A DNA stretch of 54,813 bases from Ignavibacteriales bacterium (GTDB lineage: Bacteria; Bacteroidota; Ignavibacteria; UBA10030; BY39), in NCBI GenBank assembly GCA_037443685.1, contig JBBINX010000007.1, positions 1 through 54,813 on the forward strand, read 5' to 3'. The notes beneath the pieces were generated by a model. The model saw only the letters and a list, made by a program, of their open reading frames with translations, had not been told where the DNA came from and made no database searches. Both the position numbers and the translations under genes were made by a program. Of the stretch, positions 50,778 to 54,813 are shown piece by piece (position 1 is the stretch's first letter; each line of letters starts with the position of its first letter).

Positions 50778-51158
50778 ATGGGTCAACAACAACTAATGTT
50801 ACTCATACTCGGCGTAATCATCGTTGGAATCGCAATTACAGTCGGAATCTATTTGTTTACAGCTACCTCTGTAAGCTCTAATAAAGATGCAATTATAAAC
50901 GATATGATGAACCTCGGGCAGTATGCGTATAGATATCGTTTGAAACCTGAACCTTTAGGCGGCGGTAGCAGGTCGTATCTTAACTTTACCCTACCCGCTA
51001 ATCTTGCAGATAACGACAATGCAACATATACATATGTGGTAGAAGCTAATTCTATTCTATTTACAGCGACTTCCAAATTCGGATACGGAACTATTTCTGT
51101 AGAATTGAATGACATAGGACAACTTGGTACTTATACTTTTACCGATGATTTTATGTAG
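50778..51158 (+). CDS. Type IV pilin-like protein 2 (paralog)
   Basis: Same length (126 aa) and clearly similar to pilin 1 ('KDAIIND..NL...AY.YR..P...GGG...Y', 'NATYT', 'FTAT', 'GQL'). Confidence 0.75.
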   Translation: MGQQQLMLLILGVIIVGIAITVGIYLFTATSVSSNKDAIINDMMNLGQYAYRYRLKPEPLGGGSRSYLNFTLPANLADNDNATYTYVVEANSILFTATSKFGYGTISVELNDIGQLGTYTFTDDFM

Positions 51159-51209
51159 AGAAATACAAAAAATATTATTATTGGTTATTATTTATAGAGG
51201 ATAAACAAA

Positions 51210-52589
51210 ATGCCAGAATTTCGATTAGAAGGAATATCAACAAACGGAAAAACAGTACAAGGTATTCTCGAAGCTGACAACCCCAGGCTCGCAAAGGAAA
51301 AAGCTAACCAGATGGCTGTGCAGCGGAAGTTTAAAGTTCTAAAGCTGACTATACGGGGTACTTTTCTTTACAAAGTACAGAAGGGGAATGAAAAACCTGT
51401 TACTGGTGAACAAAAAGCTTTTACAAAAGAAGAGGTTCAGGAAGCCCTTTCGAAAATGGGCTTTCGTGTTTTATATGTCCGGAAAAAACTATTCGATTTA
51501 AAACCTAAACCACCTATGTCGGATATTGTAACATTCGTCCGTGTAAGTGCAGACTTGATACGACAAAAATTACCATACAACGAAATTCTGCAATTAATGG
51601 CAAATGATATCGAGAATAAGACACTCAGGGACACGATACGTGAAATAAACACAGAGCTGAAGCAAGGAAAAGACAGCGAAAAAGTTTTTGTAAAACAAGA
51701 ACCAGTATTCGGAAAATTTACTGCTCATATGTTAGGTCTTGCCTCAAAGAGTGGAAATATGGCTGAGATTTATGAAAGCACTGCAAAATTTCTTGAACGC
51801 CAGGCGCAATTTAAGAAAGATTTAAAAAGTGCATTAATTACGCCCATAATTACATTAGTTGCGCTTTTCGGTGCTGTTGTTTATTACATCGGTTGGATTT
51901 TCAAGCCGATGGCTGAGATATTTGCAAAGATGAAAATTGATTTACCTCCGATGACTAAGCATACACTCGATATAAGCTATTTGATACTCGATAACCTGAT
52001 TATTATTTTATTAATAATTTTCGTGCCTACTGTTATCGCAATACGGTTCTTTACTACACCACGTGGAAAGTACGTGCTCAACAAACTCATCTGGAAAATT
52101 CCGGTTATCGGGTCGCTGCTACATAAAACAAACATTGAAATATTCTGCCGTGTATTTTACGCGCTCTATAGCGGTTCAGGTGAAAATATCGATGTTATAA
52201 AAATGGCTGCCGAAGCTTGCGGAAATAAGTATATGGAAGACCAAATTAAAACCGTAGCAATTCCAATGATGGTCGAGAGGGGTGCCGGTATTACCGATGC
52301 TTTCGAGGCAGCGGGTGTTTTTACCAGAACAGCTATTTCACGTTTCCATAGTGGCGCCGAGACCGGAACCGTAAAACATACAGCTCATCAATTGGCTGAA
52401 TATTATGAAAAAGAAACCAGCTATAAAATGCGAAATGCTATCGAATTTATACAGCTCTGGATATCAATGATTATAATGGTAGTGCTAACAGGATTAACAC
52501 TTGTTTCATCCGAAACAGCATTTATAAAACCGAAGCGTCCAGGTATGGGTTTTATCGAAATTCAAAACATCATAAGTTGGTTTACTTAA
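51210..52589 (+). CDS. pilC: Type IV pilus platform protein PilC/GspF family
   Basis: Two T2SSF repeats ('SGNMAEI', 'LPPMT', 'IPVIG', 'GAETG...QLAEYYE'). Confidence 0.88.
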   Translation: MPEFRLEGISTNGKTVQGILEADNPRLAKEKANQMAVQRKFKVLKLTIRGTFLYKVQKGNEKPVTGEQKAFTKEEVQEALSKMGFRVLYVRKKLFDLKPKPPMSDIVTFVRVSADLIRQKLPYNEILQLMANDIENKTLRDTIREINTELKQGKDSEKVFVKQEPVFGKFTAHMLGLASKSGNMAEIYESTAKFLERQAQFKKDLKSALITPIITLVALFGAVVYYIGWIFKPMAEIFAKMKIDLPPMTKHTLDISYLILDNLIIILLIIFVPTVIAIRFFTTPRGKYVLNKLIWKIPVIGSLLHKTNIEIFCRVFYALYSGSGENIDVIKMAAEACGNKYMEDQIKTVAIPMMVERGAGITDAFEAAGVFTRTAISRFHSGAETGTVKHTAHQLAEYYEKETSYKMRNAIEFIQLWISMIIMVVLTGLTLVSSETAFIKPKRPGMGFIEIQNIISWFT

Positions 52590-52590
52590 T

Positions 52591-54375
52591 ATGCCCGAAA
52601 TTGACATTACTGATAAAATAGGCTATACTCTTCTCAAGAAGTGCATCATTGATTATGATGTATTAGAACAGTCGCTTCGCATAAAAGATACAGAGGATAA
52701 AAAAAAACGCCGTAATTTGGGACAAATTCTTGTATCAGATTTTAACATCGATCACGATGCTGTGTTTCGTGAAGTTGCCAATATATACGCCTTTCGTGAA
52801 ATCTATCTTGCCGACGAGGTTCTCGATCAAGCCCGTATTGACTTCATAAAGAAAACAGTCGAAGGCTTGTCGGATACTTATCGTTCGATGCTGATAGAGA
52901 CTAAAATTTTACCCTTAAAGTTCGACGATAAAGTTTCTGAGAAACTGATAATCATAGCAGCAGACCCTACCGATAAACGCATACCAATTATAGCCCGGAA
53001 TTTCGGTGTTAAAAAATACGAGGTTTGTTACTGTCGCCTTAAAGAAATTACAAATGTATTAGAGAAAATATTCCCACCGGAAAATGAATTTTTAAAACTC
53101 CTCGAAACATCGGATATTGGTATTAATGTAAAAGAAGAAGAAGGCGTTGACGAAGAAGCCCTCGAAGCTGAAATTAGTAAAAGTGCTCTGATAAATCTAG
53201 TCGAAGGAGCTTTAGTTGAAGCAGTTCGTCAGGGTGCCAGCGATATCCATATTATTGCGAGAGAAGGAAACCGAACCGATTTCCTGTTTAGATTAGACGG
53301 TAACTTAAAGCTTTGGCACACTCAGGAAAACACGATGCCCGAAGCAATCGCCGCAGTAGTAAAAGACCGCTCAAAAAATATCGACCGATTTGAACGTGAA
53401 ATGTCACAAGATGGTTTTATACAGCGTCTTATCGATGGTCATCAAATGCGTTTCCGCGTTTCAATTATGCCTATTGTAGCTACCGAGTTCAGCCATAAAT
53501 TAGAAAGCATTGTAATTCGAGTTCTGGACGATCGAAAAGTAATTACAGATTTGAATAAACTCGGCTTACAAGGACCTGCACGCGATTATTTCTACAAGGC
53601 AATTTCAAAACCACAAGGAATCGTCATATTAACCGGTCCCACAGGTAGTGGAAAGAGTACAACTCTGATTGCAGCGCTACATCAGGTTATCGATCCTAGC
53701 GTAAACGTATTAACAGTAGAAGATCCCGTTGAGTATATCATTAAAGGTGCGCGGCAATTAAAAATTGGACCTAAGATGGATTTTGATAGTGCTATCCGTG
53801 GTATTTTACGCCATGATCCCGATATAGTGCTTGTTGGAGAAATGCGCGATAAAACTACCGCAGAAATTGCGATTAAACTTGCAAACACAGGTCACTTAAC
53901 TTTTTCCACGCTCCACACTAACGATGCACCTAGTGCTATTTCACGTCTATTTAAAATGGGTGTGGAACCGTTTCTTATAGCTTACGCTATCAATATAGTG
54001 GTTGCTCAACGACTTATACGGACATTATGCAAAAATTGCAAAAAACCATTGAAGTTAAACGAATCGGAAAGAGAAATCTATAGAAAATTTGGTTTTACTG
54101 AAGAAATGTTGGACGTAAGCACATTTTACCAGCCAATCGGCTGCGAAAAATGTAATCAGGGCTGGAAAGGACGATGCGCAATTCACGAAGCTCTATATTT
54201 CACACGCGAAATTAAACAACTGATAGTAAGTGCTGGAAACGAAATAGATGAAAATGCAATCAGAGCACAAGCCGAAAAAGATGGCGTATGGACGTTACGC
54301 AGAGCCGGTATGGAACGGATGATGGAAGGTGTAACAACATTCGAGGAAATACTTGCCACAACTACCGAAGATTAG
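52591..54375 (+). CDS. pilB: Type IV pilus assembly ATPase PilB/GspE family
   Basis: 'ASDIH', Walker A GPTGSGKS, 'TVEDPVEY', 'LRHDPD..LVGEMRD', 'TGHL.FSTLHTNDA', 'AQRL.R.LC..C'. Confidence 0.93.
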   Translation: MPEIDITDKIGYTLLKKCIIDYDVLEQSLRIKDTEDKKKRRNLGQILVSDFNIDHDAVFREVANIYAFREIYLADEVLDQARIDFIKKTVEGLSDTYRSMLIETKILPLKFDDKVSEKLIIIAADPTDKRIPIIARNFGVKKYEVCYCRLKEITNVLEKIFPPENEFLKLLETSDIGINVKEEEGVDEEALEAEISKSALINLVEGALVEAVRQGASDIHIIAREGNRTDFLFRLDGNLKLWHTQENTMPEAIAAVVKDRSKNIDRFEREMSQDGFIQRLIDGHQMRFRVSIMPIVATEFSHKLESIVIRVLDDRKVITDLNKLGLQGPARDYFYKAISKPQGIVILTGPTGSGKSTTLIAALHQVIDPSVNVLTVEDPVEYIIKGARQLKIGPKMDFDSAIRGILRHDPDIVLVGEMRDKTTAEIAIKLANTGHLTFSTLHTNDAPSAISRLFKMGVEPFLIAYAINIVVAQRLIRTLCKNCKKPLKLNESEREIYRKFGFTEEMLDVSTFYQPIGCEKCNQGWKGRCAIHEALYFTREIKQLIVSAGNEIDENAIRAQAEKDGVWTLRRAGMERMMEGVTTFEEILATTTED

Positions 54376-54517
54376 TATCAGAATAGTATTTATGATATAC
54401 ACTTTTGTAGATATTACAAGGTGTAATGGTAATTTTTACCTTTCTATCCTAATATTTTACATTTACTCTACTCCCGAAAGTTATATCTTTAAATCTCCAA
54501 ATCTTAATGTACCTGCA

Positions 54518-54533
54518 TGGCACATCCATTGTT
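54518..54533 (+). promoter_or_regulatory. Second sigma54-like promoter
   Basis: TGGCAC-atcca-TTGTT, nearly identical to the 50174 site but with GT instead of GC at -12. Confidence 0.45.
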
Positions 54534-54763
54534 CTTTTATTGGTGATATTTAGCACTTTCATAATGGTTTTTTATGACATAGAAGACGGTAAGTGACTCG
54601 GGTCAAACTGTGATTCGTAAATAAATAGCATAATTTAATGAAACTTTTAGAATATTGAACAAACAGAGTCGGATATCAGAACACAATCGTGACGATATTG
54701 AATAAAAATAGGTGAATTTTTGAATATGACTAAGAATAAATTGTAATAGAGGAAACTGGAAAT

Positions 54764-54813
54764 ATGTCAACTAACCAAACTTTGCTCACAATTGGAGCTC
54801 TGGCACTCTTCAT
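54764..54813 (+). CDS. Start of a probable minor pilin-like protein (3' truncated)
   Basis: MSTNQTLLTIGALALF...: Gln followed by a hydrophobic helix, as in the upstream pilins; purine-rich RBS region. Confidence 0.5.
   Translation, partial: MSTNQTLLTIGALALF

Noticed and set aside
54353-54553. 66-aa ORF after pilB
   Set aside because: It overlaps the pilB end, has a TTG start and no RBS, and covers a probable promoter region.
1-54813. CRISPR arrays, prophage, integrase at tRNA-Pro, defence or recoding systems
   Set aside because: No regularly spaced repeat-spacer array, no integrase, transposase or phage-like ORF, no tRNA 3' duplication, and no evident in-frame stop or frameshift in recognised genes.

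Overview
A low-GC chromosomal segment of mostly housekeeping genes. It most likely comes from an Ignavibacteria-like member of the Bacteroidota-Chlorobiota-Ignavibacteriota lineage, inferred from a T9SS C-terminal sorting domain, a PorV-like barrel, E. coli-type sigma70 promoters and MGQQQ-type pilins. It holds about 47 CDS and tRNA-Pro(GGG). Two parS sites flank mnmG, so the region is probably origin-proximal. Gene blocks include histidine/folate catabolism (hutI-ftcD-cyclodeaminase), asd-yitJ-aldolase-ddl, murQ-rsmG-mnmG-mnmE, several peptidases, and the start of a sigma54-driven type IV pilus locus. I found no transposase, phage gene or CRISPR array. The main observations are: (1) a T9SS-secreted beta-propeller protein with a dockerin-like domain encoded next to a cohesin-like lipoprotein, a candidate non-cellulosomal surface-anchoring pair; (2) a perfect orphan sigma70 promoter driving a ~90-nt G-U-rich rod-shaped candidate sRNA; (3) tandem near-leaderless pilins (M-G-Q-Q-Q, no Glu+5) and two nearly identical sigma54 promoters; (4) MITE-like and short palindromic elements, two of which appear inserted in-frame in enzymes. 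All calls come from motif recognition by eye; no database searches were run.
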